Positions 1-10,763 are shown, counted from the stretch's first letter. The stretch is 64,000 bases of DNA from Escherichia coli (GCF_044324875.1 NZ_CP172185.1); one strand, 5' to 3'. The notes: a model not told the origin generated them from the sequence alone. Numbers and translations: made by a program.

Positions 1-443
1 GGATTCGTACCATTCGGAAGCAAGCAGCGAGTATTTACGCACCAGGTACAACCTTTACAATTGGCAAAGGGCAGGTATTACGTGAAGGTACGGATGTCAC
101 CTTAATTGCTAATGGCATTATGGTGGTGGAAGCCCTGGAGGCCGCACGTCAACTTGAGCTGGCTGGGGTAAGTGTAGCGGTGATTGATATGTTTACGCTC
201 AAACCCGTTGATCGGATGTTAATTAAAAATTATGCCGAAAAAACAGGACGGATCGTAACATGTGAAAACCATAGTATTCATAATGGATTAGGTTCAGCGG
301 TTGCTGAAGTGCTTGTAGAAACTTGTCCTGTGCCCATGCGTCGGGTGGGGGTTAAAGAGCGGTATGGCCAGGTTGGAACTCAGGACTTTTTACAGAGAGA
401 GTACGGGTTAACCGCGCAAGATATTGGTAAGCGTACAGCCTGA
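1..443 (+). CDS. Transketolase C-terminal subunit, 5'-partial (runs off window start); 3' end rewritten by IS66 insertion
   Basis: Frame continuous from position 3 (…IGKGQVLREGTDVTLIANGIMVVEALEAARQLELAGVSVAVIDMFTLKPVDR…), typical transketolase C-terminal domain. Last codons GKRTA-stop lie inside the IS66 terminal repeat. Confidence 0.75.
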   Translation, partial: IRTIRKQAASIYAPGTTFTIGKGQVLREGTDVTLIANGIMVVEALEAARQLELAGVSVAVIDMFTLKPVDRMLIKNYAEKTGRIVTCENHSIHNGLGSAVAEVLVETCPVPMRRVGVKERYGQVGTQDFLQREYGLTAQDIGKRTA

Positions 444-497
444 ACCGTCTGGTCAGAATCTGACGAATTAGACAAAGTGGTGTCCACCAAATAAGTA

Positions 498-899
498 GTG
501 GGAACCAAAGTGTCAGATATGCAGAAAAATGTGACTCCCGGCAGGCGAAAAGGCTGCCCTAATTATCCTCCCGAATTTAAACAGCAGCTCGTTGCTGCCT
601 CCTGTGAACCCGGGATATCCATCTCAAAACTTGCTCTTGAAAATGGCATTAACGCCAATCTGTTGTTCAAATGGCGACAACAATGGCGCGAGGGAAAGCT
701 GCTATTACCTTCTTCAGAGAGCCCCCAGCTACTTCCTGTGACTCTCGATGCAGCTGCCGAACAGCCAGAATCGCTCGCAGAGGACCCGGAAACCCTCAGT
801 ATCAGCTGTGAGGTAACGTTCCGGCACGGGACGCTCCGCTTCAATGGCAATGTCAGCGAAAAGCTCCTGACTCTGCTGATACAGGAACTGAAGCGATGA
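498..899 (+). CDS. tnpA: IS66-family accessory protein TnpA (likely true start at internal Met near 519)
   Basis: First gene of the three-gene IS66 arrangement; motif …GISISKLALENGINANLLFKWRQQWREG…. Confidence 0.8.
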   Translation: MGTKVSDMQKNVTPGRRKGCPNYPPEFKQQLVAASCEPGISISKLALENGINANLLFKWRQQWREGKLLLPSSESPQLLPVTLDAAAEQPESLAEDPETLSISCEVTFRHGTLRFNGNVSEKLLTLLIQELKR

Positions 900-1243
900 T
901 CCCTTTACCTTCCGGGACCAAAATTTGGCTGGTTGCCGGTATCACCGATATGAGAAATGGCTTCAACGGCCTGGCTGCGAAAGTACAGACGGCGCTGAAA
1001 GACGATCCCATGTCCGGCCATGTTTTCATTTTCCGGGGCCGCAGCGGCAGTCAGGTTAAACTGCTGTGGTCCACCGGTGACGGACTGTGCCTCCTGACCA
1101 AACGGCTGGAGCGTGGGCGCTTCGCCTGGCCGTCAGCCCGTGATGGCAAAGTGTTCCTTACACAGGCGCAGCTGGCGATGCTGCTGGAAGGTATCGACTG
1201 GCGACAGCCTAAGCGGCTGCTGACCTCCCTGACCATGCTGTAA
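896..1243 (+). CDS. tnpB: IS66-family TnpB
   Basis: 115 aa, [26 protein letters not shown]…; start overlaps tnpA stop by 4 nt. Confidence 0.85.
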   Translation: MIPLPSGTKIWLVAGITDMRNGFNGLAAKVQTALKDDPMSGHVFIFRGRSGSQVKLLWSTGDGLCLLTKRLERGRFAWPSARDGKVFLTQAQLAMLLEGIDWRQPKRLLTSLTML

Positions 1244-1292
1244 ATCTCTTTATCCTGGTTGTCACAGAATAAGCCCGGTAAAATACGGGCTT

Positions 1293-2831
1293 ATGAACGA
1301 CATCTCTTCTGACGACATCTTCCTGCTGAAACAGCGCCTGGCCGAACAGGAAGCGCTGATCCACGCCCTGCAGGAAAAGCTGAGCAACCGGGAGCGCGAA
1401 ATAGACCATCTGCAGGCGCAGCTGGATAAACTCCGCCGGATGAACTTCGGCAGTCGTTCCGAAAAAGTCTCCCGCCGTATCGCACAAATGGAAGCCGATC
1501 TGAACCAGCTTCAGAAAGAGAGCGATACGCTGACTGGTAGGGTGTATGACCCGGCAGTACAGCGTCCGTTGCGTCAGACCCGCATCCGTAAGCCGTTCCC
1601 TGAATCACTACCCCGTGACGAAAAGCGACTGTTGCCTGCGGCGCCGTGCTGCCCGAACTGCGGCGGTTCACTGAGCTATCTGGGCGAGGATACCGCCGAA
1701 CAGCTGGAGTTGATGCGTAGCGCCTTCCGGGTTATCCGGACGGTACGGGAAAAACATGCCTGTACTCAGTGCGATGCCATCGTGCAGGCACCTGCACCTT
1801 CGCGGCCCATCGAGCGGGGTATCGCCGGACCGGGGCTGCTGGCCCGCGTGCTGACCTCGAAGTATGCAGAGCACACCCCGCTGTATCGCCAGTCAGAAAT
1901 ATACGGCCGGCAAGGTGTGGAGCTGAGCCGTTCACTGCTGTCGGGCTGGGTGGATGCATGCTGCCGGCTGCTGTCTCCGCTGGAAGAGGCGCTTCATGGC
2001 TATGTCATGACTGACGGCAAACTCCATGCCGATGATACCCCGGTCCAGGTACTGATGCCGGGTAATAAGAAGACGAAGACCGGGCGGTTGTGGGCGTATG
2101 TTCGTGATGACCGCAATGCCGGGTCAGCGTTGGCACCTGCAGTGTGGTTCGCTTACAGCCCGGACAGAAAAGGCATCCATCCGCAGACTCATCTTGCTTG
2201 CTTCAGCGGTGTGCTGCAAGCGGATGCGTACGCCGGGTTCAACGAGCTGTATCGCAATGGTGGGATAACGGAAGCTGCCTGCTGGGCTCATGCCCGCCGA
2301 AAGATCCACGATGTGCACGTCCGCATCCCGTCAGCACTGACGGAAGAAGCCCTGGAGCAGATCGGTCAGTTGTACGCCATAGAGGCGGATATAAGGGGAA
2401 TGCCGGCAGAGCAGCGGCTTGCTGAACGTCAGCGAAAAACGAAACCGCTGTTGAAATCCCTGGAAAGCTGGTTGCGTGAAAAGATGAAGACCCTGTCGCG
2501 ACACTCAGAGTTGGCGAAGGCGTTCGCGTACGCACTTAACCAGTGGCCGGCACTGACGTACTATGCGAACGATGGCTGGGTGGAAATCGACAACAACATC
2601 GCTGAAAATGCCCTGCGGGCGGTAAGTCTGGGTCGTAAAAACTTCCTGTTCTTCGGCTCTGGCCATGGTGGTGAGCGGGGAGCGCTACTGTACAGCCTGA
2701 TAGGGACGTGCAAACTGAATGACGTGGATCCAGAAAGCTACCTTCGCCATGTGCTTGGCGTCATAGCAGACTGGCCGGTCAACCGGGTCAGCGAACTGCT
2801 TCCGTGGCGCATAGCACTGCCAGCTGAATAA
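1293..2831 (+). CDS. tnpC: IS66-family transposase TnpC
   Basis: 512 aa with N-terminal coiled-coil/leucine zipper, CxxC…CxxC zinc motif and conserved C-terminal …[15 protein letters not shown]…. Confidence 0.9.
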   Translation: MNDISSDDIFLLKQRLAEQEALIHALQEKLSNREREIDHLQAQLDKLRRMNFGSRSEKVSRRIAQMEADLNQLQKESDTLTGRVYDPAVQRPLRQTRIRKPFPESLPRDEKRLLPAAPCCPNCGGSLSYLGEDTAEQLELMRSAFRVIRTVREKHACTQCDAIVQAPAPSRPIERGIAGPGLLARVLTSKYAEHTPLYRQSEIYGRQGVELSRSLLSGWVDACCRLLSPLEEALHGYVMTDGKLHADDTPVQVLMPGNKKTKTGRLWAYVRDDRNAGSALAPAVWFAYSPDRKGIHPQTHLACFSGVLQADAYAGFNELYRNGGITEAACWAHARRKIHDVHVRIPSALTEEALEQIGQLYAIEADIRGMPAEQRLAERQRKTKPLLKSLESWLREKMKTLSRHSELAKAFAYALNQWPALTYYANDGWVEIDNNIAENALRAVSLGRKNFLFFGSGHGGERGALLYSLIGTCKLNDVDPESYLRHVLGVIADWPVNRVSELLPWRIALPAE

Positions 2832-3113
2832 CACATCCCCGTCAATACGGCCCTCGCTGTACGCTTACAGATATTGTGGCGGCAGCCAGAGAGCTATTGT
2901 AATTCATGGAGTTTGTTTACCATTCTGTTTTTCTTAAAAGTGAGTGTCTGTGCGGTCACTAAACTCGGTAATAAAGCAGTTCATTGCAGGATAAGAAGCG
3001 TTTGGTTGTGTCGTTTTACCGTAAGAACCGACCGCCGTATGTAGCCATTAAGCCAGTATTGGTAACGTAGGTGCCCACCTTTTCAATGTACTGCGCCCCA
3101 AATCTTGGACATC

Positions 3114-3893
3114 CTATGAAAAATGTTTAAGTCGATATTGAACCGGACTCATACCATCGAGTTTCTCTTTAATGCGATGGTGATTGTAGTATTCAATGTA
3201 ATCAATTATATCTTGCTTTAGATGATGTAACTTATTGTATTTATTTAGATAGTAACATTCTGATTTTAATGTACTAAAAAAGCTTTCCATTGCTGCATTA
3301 TCTAAGCAGTTACCACGTCGGGACATGCTTTGTGTTATGCCATTATCACTCAACCAACGTTGCCAACGAGGCATCTGATATTGCCACCCCTGATCACTAT
3401 GCAACAAGGGCTTATCGTCTTTATTGAGTTGTTCTACCGCATCTAATAGCATGCTCTTTACCATTGATGCTAATGGGCGCTCAGTAAGGTTATATGAGAC
3501 TATTTCTCCATTATACAGGTCCATGATTGGTGATAAATAGAGCTTCCTGCCATCGACCTTAAACTCAGTGACATCTGTTACCCACTTTTGATTTGGGCGG
3601 TCAGCATAAAATTGTCTCTTCAGTAAATTATTACAAGTTCGCCCCTGTTCTCCACGATAGGCACGGTACTTCTTGCGCCTGATAAGTGAGCTGATACCCA
3701 GTTCCTTCATTAACTTTCTGATGGTTTTACCATTAAGTAAAATGCCCTCGTTACGGCAGGCAAGTCTGATGCGTCGATAACCATAACGCCCTTTATGCTG
3801 ATGGTATATTCTCAATATTACTTGTTTAACAAGTTGATATGGATCTGGCGCATTAAGGCGTTTCACGTGATAGTAAAATGTACTACGTGGCAA
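3114..3893 (-). CDS. IS3-family transposase OrfB (DDE integrase core); probably expressed by frameshift from orfA
   Basis: 259 aa with …WVTDVTEF… and …HSDQGWQY… motifs typical of the IS3 DDE domain. Confidence 0.8.
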   Translation of the reverse strand: MPRSTFYYHVKRLNAPDPYQLVKQVILRIYHQHKGRYGYRRIRLACRNEGILLNGKTIRKLMKELGISSLIRRKKYRAYRGEQGRTCNNLLKRQFYADRPNQKWVTDVTEFKVDGRKLYLSPIMDLYNGEIVSYNLTERPLASMVKSMLLDAVEQLNKDDKPLLHSDQGWQYQMPRWQRWLSDNGITQSMSRRGNCLDNAAMESFFSTLKSECYYLNKYNKLHHLKQDIIDYIEYYNHHRIKEKLDGMSPVQYRLKHFS

Positions 3894-3952
3894 ATCAGCG
3901 ATAACCAGTAATTGTGATAATGGATGACATTGCCTTAACTCATTAATAATGA

Positions 3953-4453
3953 TTACTTTTTCTTTTGTTCCAATCGTAATTTTTCCTGAGCTAAGGCTTT
4001 CAGCTTTTTTAGATAAGCGTTCTCAACTCTCAGAAACTCAAGTTCTTCCCGTTCACTGATTGTCAGTTGTGTCGAACGATTTCGTTGATAAACAGCAGGA
4101 GTTTTCGGCCTCAAATCTTCCTTTTGTCCCTTCATCGAAAAATCAACCTCACTGTATTTTTTAATCCATTTGGATATGGTGTTAAAAGCAGGGATCCCAT
4201 ACTTCACTGCAGCTTCCCTTATAGAAAGAGAATTATCAATAACATCTCTGACCACATTCAATCTGAAGTTATCGTCATAACGTCTTTTTTGCCCAGTCAG
4301 TGTTTTTAATCCGTGCTTACGGTAAACATAAGCCCATTTCCTTACCGTGCTGGGGTCAATATTGTACATTTTTCCAACAGACTTCAAACTCAGCTCACCT
4401 TCCAGGTATTTTTCTGATACTTCCCTTTTGAATTCTAATGAAAATTTGCTCAT
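3953..4453 (-). CDS. IS3-family transposase OrfA (HTH)
   Basis: 166 aa, MSKFSLEFKREVSEKYLEGELSLKSVGKMYNIDPSTVRKW…, C-terminal leucine-zipper-like region. Confidence 0.8.
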   Translation of the reverse strand: MSKFSLEFKREVSEKYLEGELSLKSVGKMYNIDPSTVRKWAYVYRKHGLKTLTGQKRRYDDNFRLNVVRDVIDNSLSIREAAVKYGIPAFNTISKWIKKYSEVDFSMKGQKEDLRPKTPAVYQRNRSTQLTISEREELEFLRVENAYLKKLKALAQEKLRLEQKKK

Positions 4454-4559
4454 ACGCTCCTCAGTTACAGATCTGGTGTCTAACTATTGGGGCGCACTTC
4501 ATCAAACTGGTGGACGCCTGTTATGGAGCAAAAACATTATCCGCAGAACCCCGCAGATC

Positions 4560-4682
4560 ATTTTCAAATGAGTTAAACTTCAAATGGTTAAACTGGTTTT
4601 GCAACCAGGAGCCTCTGTTGCCCGTATTGCCCGGGAACACGATATCAATGATAACCTCCTGTTCAAATGGCTCAGACTCTGG
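4560..4682 (+). pseudogene. IS66-family orfA-like fragment
   Basis: One frame reads …GASVARIAREHDINDNLLFKWLRLWQNVR-stop, resembling the IS66 TnpA core; no start codon and no partner genes. Confidence 0.35.
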
Positions 4683-5548
4683 CAGAACGTAAGGTAAAGG
4701 GAGATGAAAAAGGCAATAGCAGAACTGAGTGACAGTGAAACCATTCTGGCGTACAGGGTTGGATGGTGAAACTGATAAAAAAACCCCTCTGAAAATTCTG
4801 TCAGAGGGGTGTAGTCAATAAGGGTGTCATATTCAACATGAAGATGTCTTCTGGGAATGTTTACATAGCAAATGCTTTCACTCCGGTAATTAATTTCCGT
4901 GATTAACTGCTTTCGATCAATAAAGGAATTGCAAAAGTGTGATCTTGTTCACGACATTGTGGATGATAATATGCCTGATGTCTGAATCCGGAAACAGTGA
5001 TCTGGCGGTTTCATGTGAAGTTGACGGATAAAAAATCCGCACGACCAGACAGACGTGCGGTTTACGAAATTCGTAACAAGAGGCTTTTCTACGGATCACG
5101 TGGTGCGTGCCACGTGAAATTTTTGTAGCGCAAAATGTGTGATGTGTAAATACAAGGAAGGAAAAAAGTTAAATCGGTGGAAGTCCATGCCTGCCACATG
5201 TATGTCTGCATTCCTCGTTTTGAACAGAATTCTCACCAGACATCGTGAATTTCTCATTCAATCATCAGAGATATTACCCAGGATTTTTATTGTTTTGTGA
5301 TAGCAGTACTTTAAATGTTCAGATGCTAAAATAAGCGCGCTTATTATAATTATAGTTATGATGTTTTATCTTTATGTATTTTAATGATTTTCTCGTCATT
5401 GCTTTTCTGCTGCTTAAATTGAGGGCGCATATTATACACAATAATATTCCTGGCATTATTAAATTAATAAAAGAGGATTCTTATCACTGTATTTTTGCTC
5501 CGCACTACCGTTCTGGCTGGTGAAGTAATAATACAGGAGAATAACAGA

Positions 5549-7096
5549 ATGCTTAAAAGACGTGATGCTTTTTTAAAGAAAAGCGCGCTGGCAGTGAGTG
5601 TGGCCCTGCTGCTCTCATCTCAGGCTCAGGCTCAGGATATTTTATTCGGACCGATTCAACCTGGCGAAGATAATAGCTTTCTTGTTGGAGATTCAGTAGC
5701 TGGCCGTTCGTCTGGTGACATAAGAAATGTATGGTTGGTGGGTGATAATTCTTTTTTATTAGACTCAAACAGGACTGTGCTTTTGGGGAATAATTCTGGT
5801 GTTGTGAGCTCTCCGGGAAGTGTGAGTCTGGGGCATGATGCACTTATTGCTGACTCTGAATGGGGGACTGTTGCAGGAAAAGAAGCGTCACTTATTTCTT
5901 CTCGTCAGAGCTCGGCAATTGGTGCGTTTTCATCTGTGCAGGATTCTACCAGTTCTGTAGCTCTGGGCCATGGCTCACAGGTGTCGGGAGAAAATAACGT
6001 GGTATCTGTTGGTGCCGGGCCTGAGGGATATGGAGAGAGTGTCAAAGGAGCACCGGAAACCCGCCGGATTATAAATGTGTCTGATGGTATCAATAACACA
6101 GATGCAGCGACGGTAGGGCAACTGAATGAACGATTTGATGATGCACAGGTCTTTTTGTTGCAGACGAATGAAAGAATTGACGAGACAGATAAACGTCTTT
6201 CAACAGTTCATGCTGAACTCAGCAGGGATATTATTGCAGGCACATCGGCAGCGGTGACGTATACAGATGTAACAGCGCTTGCACTTCAGGATGAGATAAA
6301 GGATGGGACGAACAAAGTACGTGATGAGTTGAAATCACAGGGAGACAGTCTGCGTGGTGAGATAGGCGGTGTATACAGAGATGCCCGTGCTCATACTGAC
6401 AGTCAGGTCACAGCAGTACGTGATGAACTGAAGGCAGAGGGAGACAGTCTGCGCGGTGAGATAGGCGGTGTATACAGAGATGCCCGTGCTCATACTGACA
6501 GTCAGGTTACAGCAGTACGTGATGAACTCAGCAGGGATATTATTGCAGGCACATCGGCAGCGGTGGCGTATACGGATGCATCTTCTCTTGCTCTTCAGGA
6601 TGAAATAAAAGAAAAAGCGGATGAAACAGTTCAGGTTTCCCGGGCTTATACAGATAAAAGTGTACGGGATGCCCGTAAAGAAGCGAAAAGCCAGGCAGAA
6701 CATCTCAGCGATGTGCTTGTGAAGAACAGGGCGCAGACGGATGCAGCAATAGCCTCAAATACAGCAGCGATAAGGAATAACAGTCATCGTCTGGATTTGA
6801 CGGAAGCCTGGCAGAAGATGGCGACAGAGAGAATGAATAATATGCAGGAGCAGATTAAAGAGAACCGGAAGGAGTTAAGGGAGAGTGCAGCCCAGAGCGC
6901 GGCACTGGCAGGTCTTTTCCAGCCATACAGTGTTGGAAAATTTAACGCGACAGCAGCCGTTGGTGGTTACCGTGATGAGCAGGCCATTGCGGTGGGCGTG
7001 GGCTACCGTTTCACAGAGAATGTGGCAGGAAAAGTTGCAGTTGCTGCAGGTGGGTCATCCGCATCGTGGAATGCTGGTGTGAATTTTGAGTTCTGA
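5549..7096 (+). CDS. Trimeric autotransporter adhesin (YadA-like C-terminal anchor) with internal repeats
   Basis: Signal peptide [28 protein letters not shown] after a GGAGA ribosome-binding site. Coiled-coil stalk with repeats. C-terminal membrane anchor …[19 protein letters not shown]…GVNFEF. The ORF track starts 18 codons upstream at 5495. Confidence 0.75.
   Translation: MLKRRDAFLKKSALAVSVALLLSSQAQAQDILFGPIQPGEDNSFLVGDSVAGRSSGDIRNVWLVGDNSFLLDSNRTVLLGNNSGVVSSPGSVSLGHDALIADSEWGTVAGKEASLISSRQSSAIGAFSSVQDSTSSVALGHGSQVSGENNVVSVGAGPEGYGESVKGAPETRRIINVSDGINNTDAATVGQLNERFDDAQVFLLQTNERIDETDKRLSTVHAELSRDIIAGTSAAVTYTDVTALALQDEIKDGTNKVRDELKSQGDSLRGEIGGVYRDARAHTDSQVTAVRDELKAEGDSLRGEIGGVYRDARAHTDSQVTAVRDELSRDIIAGTSAAVAYTDASSLALQDEIKEKADETVQVSRAYTDKSVRDARKEAKSQAEHLSDVLVKNRAQTDAAIASNTAAIRNNSHRLDLTEAWQKMATERMNNMQEQIKENRKELRESAAQSAALAGLFQPYSVGKFNATAAVGGYRDEQAIAVGVGYRFTENVAGKVAVAAGGSSASWNAGVNFEF
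6320..6517. repeat. Two near-identical 99-bp in-frame tandem repeats inside the adhesin gene
   Basis: GGAGACAGTCTGCG(T/C)GGTGAGATAGGCGGTGTATACAGAGATGCCCGTGCTCATACTGACAGTCAGGT… recurs with 99-bp period (encoding [30 protein letters not shown] twice). A second repeat pair (…[13 protein letters not shown]…LALQDEIK) brackets them. Confidence 0.85.
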
Positions 7097-7157
7097 CAGG
7101 TCAGGATTTAGATATCTGTCCCGGGGGGAGTCCCCCGGGATATAATGAGGTACAGAG

Positions 7158-7613
7158 ATGCTGGATATAATCCTGGCGACGAGAGATATTTATTTTGAAA
7201 AAGCCCTGCGAGAGATATTTGGAACCGTAAGCAGTCGAATCAGATATATAGAAGATGCCATATCAGACAGAAGAAGGGTGCAGTCAGGCAGGTCATTCAG
7301 ATATTATTTTGTATTCTGTGATGATGAGTATACAGATATTGTTCGTATTCTTTTTACCGGAGAGGCCTGCTGTATTCTGAATAAGTCGATGCTGAATCTG
7401 AGAGCGGCCGGAGGTGTGTTGACGCTGGAAGAGCGCAGAGCGGTACTGAACCGGTATTACAGAGGTTTAAGTATTGCGGAGATTACAGAAGAGACGGGGC
7501 AGAATGACAAGACGGTATACGGTCATCTTCGTCGTGCACTGCAGCGGTCTGGATTCCGGAAGGGGCGTTTTATAAAGGGGAGAGAAGCGGCGGGGGATTC
7601 AGGTGTTGAATAA
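7158..7613 (+). CDS. Small putative HTH regulator (LuxR / sigma-70 region-4-like C-terminus)
   Basis: 151 aa; C-terminal …LTLEERRAVLNRYYRGLSIAEITEETGQNDKTVYGHLRRAL… resembles a LuxR-type helix-turn-helix. Sits 60 bp downstream of the adhesin gene. Confidence 0.4.
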   Translation: MLDIILATRDIYFEKALREIFGTVSSRIRYIEDAISDRRRVQSGRSFRYYFVFCDDEYTDIVRILFTGEACCILNKSMLNLRAAGGVLTLEERRAVLNRYYRGLSIAEITEETGQNDKTVYGHLRRALQRSGFRKGRFIKGREAAGDSGVE

Positions 7614-7859
7614 TGTATCTTATATTGTGATATCGGTGCTGCTGCTGTTATTTTTTGTTGTATTTGTGACGAATGGTTAAGAATAAAACATGAGTTGGTG
7701 ATTATCAGGACAGGTTGCTTGTATATGAAGATAACAAAGGCGGCATTTATTTTTGCGCTGTCAGTGTGGAGTGTTGCTGTGATATGTCTTTTATTATTTG
7801 TACTGGTTGTTCTGGGATAGCCATAGTGAAATAAAAAGCTGTCTGAATTAAATTATTTT

Positions 7860-9170
7860 GCACACATGTTTTAATTCTGCACTGAATTCAGAATGGGTAA
7901 TCAGTGACCGTCCAGGCGGTCACCGAACTCGATAATAAAGCGGCTCATTGCCATTCGCCAGTCCTTCAACGGCATCGTCCATTTCTGGGACGCAGACTGG
8001 ATTGCCAGCCACACCACTTTTTTCACCGAGTCGTCTGTCGGGAACACTTTACGCTTTTTGATCGCATGGCGGATCACGCTGTTTAGCGACTCGATTGCAT
8101 TCGTCGTATAGATCACTTTGCGGATGTCCGTTGGATAAGCGAAGAACGTGGCAAGATTCGGCCAGTTAGCCTGCCAGCTTCGGCTTATCTGAGGATAGCG
8201 ACTGTCCCAGGCCGCAGCGAACGCTTCCAGTGCCTGCTGACCTGCCTCTTCCGTGGGAGCCTGATAAATCGCTTTCAGGTCGCGAGTGACGGCTTTGTAG
8301 TCCTTCCATGACACGAAGCGCAGGCTGTTGCGCACCATATGCACGATGCATAACTGGATGCGGGCCTTCGGATATACTGTGTTGATGGCATCCGGGAAGC
8401 CTTTCAGGCCATCCACACAGGCGATGAGGATATCGTTCAGACCGCGGTTTTTCAGTTCAGTCAGCACATTGAGCCAGAACTTCGCCCCTTCATTTTCGGC
8501 CAGCCACATACCCAGCAGTTCCTTCTGACCTTCGATATTGATGCCCAGTGCCAGGAACACCGATTTGTTGATGACGCGACTGTCCTGCCGAACTTTCAGG
8601 ACGATACAGTCAAGATAAACAATGGGGTAAACAGCATCCAGTGGTCTGTTTTGCCATTCTACAACCTGCTCCATCACGGCATCGGTGACCTTTGATATCA
8701 GTGCCGGTGAAACATCTGCGTCATACAGTTCTTTGAACGCAGTAGCTATCTCACGGGTGGTCATCCCTTTGGCATACAACGAGAGGATCTGGTTATCCAT
8801 CCCGGTAATACGGGTCTGATTTTTCTTTACCAGTTGTGGTTCGAAGGTACCGTCACGATCGCGCGGAGTACGCAGTTCCAGTGGACCGTCGCCTGTGATA
8901 ACGGTCTTTGTGGAATAACCGTTGCGGGAGTTAGCTCCTGGTCTGGACTGATTTTTCTCATACCCAAGATGGTGTGTCATCTCTGCATTGAGAGCGGCTT
9001 CAACGCTGAGCTTTTTCAGCAGCCGATCAAACTGACTGAGGTCTTCAGGGGTTTTGAGGTTTTTGGCCAGTTCGTTAGCCAGAGCCTGTAACTGTTTTTC
9101 GTCCATAAATTAACCTTCATTTGATGCTGGATTGAACATATCAAAATCAGGCAATTACACAAATCTATGT
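7860..9170 (-). mobile_element. IS256-family insertion sequence (boundaries approximate)
   Basis: Single 401-aa transposase ORF with about 50-60 bp flanks; terminal repeats not confidently delimited by eye. Confidence 0.6.
7901..9106 (-). CDS. IS256-family transposase
   Basis: 401 aa, MDEKQLQALANELAKNLKTPEDL… with …YLDCIVLKVRQ… and …CIVHMVRNSL… motifs typical of IS256 (mutator-type) transposases. Confidence 0.85.
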   Translation of the reverse strand: MDEKQLQALANELAKNLKTPEDLSQFDRLLKKLSVEAALNAEMTHHLGYEKNQSRPGANSRNGYSTKTVITGDGPLELRTPRDRDGTFEPQLVKKNQTRITGMDNQILSLYAKGMTTREIATAFKELYDADVSPALISKVTDAVMEQVVEWQNRPLDAVYPIVYLDCIVLKVRQDSRVINKSVFLALGINIEGQKELLGMWLAENEGAKFWLNVLTELKNRGLNDILIACVDGLKGFPDAINTVYPKARIQLCIVHMVRNSLRFVSWKDYKAVTRDLKAIYQAPTEEAGQQALEAFAAAWDSRYPQISRSWQANWPNLATFFAYPTDIRKVIYTTNAIESLNSVIRHAIKKRKVFPTDDSVKKVVWLAIQSASQKWTMPLKDWRMAMSRFIIEFGDRLDGH

Positions 9171-9277
9171 ACAGGCTCTCTCCCTGAAAATATCATATAT
9201 GAACTTATAATATCATTCGATAGATGATAAGTCATCACCGGCCTTAAATAATTATGTGAACCATGTTCATGGTTGTA

Positions 9278-10051
9278 TCATAATTGCCATTTTAAATGCA
9301 GGCCTAATTGCAGCCCATTGAAATTATGGTTCGGTGTTTTATACCAAACTTTACCTGCCGTCAGCCCGAGATTAAGTTGCTCAGTCAGCGGTTGAATACG
9401 TTGTAAACTGACGCTCTTCATGCTGCCGTATCGTGTTTCTGGCGTCCAGTCATAGGTGTAAGCACCTGTTCCGCGGCTTAGCCATAGTTGTGTATAACCA
9501 GCACCGCGCGGGTCCTTCAGACGCACGGAAATCATATTGCTGTAACTACCAGCTGCATCGCTGGAGTCATAATGGGTATAGCGGTAGCTGGTGATCACCG
9601 GGCCAGTATAGAGAGATACGCCGCCTTGCCAGGCATCGACTTCGACATCATCGTAATATTTAGTGTAGCGATAACCGGTCGTGAAAAGCGTTTTTGGCAA
9701 CAGGGCCAGGTTAATATCCTGACGAAAATCCTGACGGGCAAAGACCGGCGTATTATCCGCAAAGGCAATACCCGTTCGGGTTGTCAGCCAGTTATTCCAT
9801 TTGTACCAGACTGCACCCTGGCCGCGAGTGGCATTGAAATGTTCAGTTTCATAATCACGACGCCCCTGGGAAAGATTAAAAAGCAGCGTTGCGTTTTCAA
9901 CTTTTGCCACCAGTTCAGCATAAGCTAAATTACGGTTGCCATGGTCGCCAGAATAATCGGTAAAATCGTAGCCCGTGGTAATGGAAGTTAACCCGGCATA
10001 AGCGGGCAATGCACTAAAAAAAAACGGCATTAATAACGTATGCTTTATCAT
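9278..10051 (-). CDS. yaiO: YaiO-family outer-membrane beta-barrel protein
   Basis: 257 aa, signal peptide, alternating aromatic/Tyr-rich strands, C-terminal …GLHLKWQL; closely resembles E. coli YaiO as recalled. Confidence 0.7.
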   Translation of the reverse strand: MIKHTLLMPFFFSALPAYAGLTSITTGYDFTDYSGDHGNRNLAYAELVAKVENATLLFNLSQGRRDYETEHFNATRGQGAVWYKWNNWLTTRTGIAFADNTPVFARQDFRQDINLALLPKTLFTTGYRYTKYYDDVEVDAWQGGVSLYTGPVITSYRYTHYDSSDAAGSYSNMISVRLKDPRGAGYTQLWLSRGTGAYTYDWTPETRYGSMKSVSLQRIQPLTEQLNLGLTAGKVWYKTPNHNFNGLQLGLHLKWQL

Positions 10052-10052
10052 T

Positions 10053-10763
10053 TTAATCTCCTGTACGGATAAGTTCTTGTCGGAGTGAGTAAGTTCCGGT
10101 AGGTAAATTACGTTCTACAATCACGCGCGGGCCAAGTTGCGTGTTCGGGGAAATAATTCGCCCGGGCAAAATAATAACCTGTACGCCAAGGCGTGAACGC
10201 TGCCCGATATAACAACCTAATTTATCGCATCCGGTAGCGATAATTCCATCTGGCGTTCGAACAGACACGGGCTGTTCATCCAGACGATGATTACTGGTAC
10301 GTACTTGTGCGCCCAGATATGCCTGGTTTGCAACTACCGAGTCGGCAACAAAGCATTGCGGACCAATCGTTGCTTCCGTTTCAATAACCGCATTTTTAAT
10401 TTCGGTGGCAAAACCAATTTTTACGCCATTGCTGATTATTGTGCCAGGACGAATAAACGCATAATTACCTATCAGGCAGTTTGCGCCAATCACTACCGGC
10501 CCCTGAATAACGGCACCGTGGCAAATACGGGTATTCGCGCCGATAACAACTTCACCTGCACTTTCATCAATAATTACCTGGTCTGCAATCTGAGTATTTT
10601 TCTCTTTAACATTAAGCTCCAGATAGTTTTTCAGTTTCTGTGACAGAAGGTTGGGAATAAGCGGTTGACGTTTCCACCAGTGCGGAATAGCGGGTGGGTT
10701 TGTCGCGCTGAGGTTCGCGTCCAGTAAAAAAGGCAATAAGTCCATAAATAATCCAGATGGCAT
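10053..10763 (-). CDS. yaiX: Hexapeptide-repeat (left-handed beta-helix) acyltransferase, YaiX-like; true start probably downstream of 10763
   Basis: Repeated [LIV]-G-x-x-x-x-I hexapeptide pattern (…VIGANTRICHGAVIQGPVVIGANCLIGNYAFIRPGTIISNGVKIG…). The ORF as drawn overlaps the upstream gene by about 150 nt. Confidence 0.65.
   Translation of the reverse strand: MPSGLFMDLLPFLLDANLSATNPPAIPHWWKRQPLIPNLLSQKLKNYLELNVKEKNTQIADQVIIDESAGEVVIGANTRICHGAVIQGPVVIGANCLIGNYAFIRPGTIISNGVKIGFATEIKNAVIETEATIGPQCFVADSVVANQAYLGAQVRTSNHRLDEQPVSVRTPDGIIATGCDKLGCYIGQRSRLGVQVIILPGRIISPNTQLGPRVIVERNLPTGTYSLRQELIRTGD

Larger units (their letters stand above)
427..2868 (+). mobile_element. IS66-family insertion sequence, copy 1 (intact)
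   Basis: 13-bp perfect terminal inverted repeats GTAAGCGTACAGC (427-439 and reverse complement at 2856-2868). Flanked by 8-bp direct repeats AGATATTG (419-426 and 2869-2876). Carries tnpA-tnpB-tnpC. Confidence 0.85.
3087..4494 (-). mobile_element. IS3-family insertion sequence (IS150-group-like); boundaries approximate
   Basis: Imperfect terminal inverted repeats TGTACTGCGCCCCAAATCTTGGAC (about 3087) and TGATGAAGTGCGCCCCAATAGTTAGAC (reverse complement, ending about 4494); orfA and orfB inside. Confidence 0.7.
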
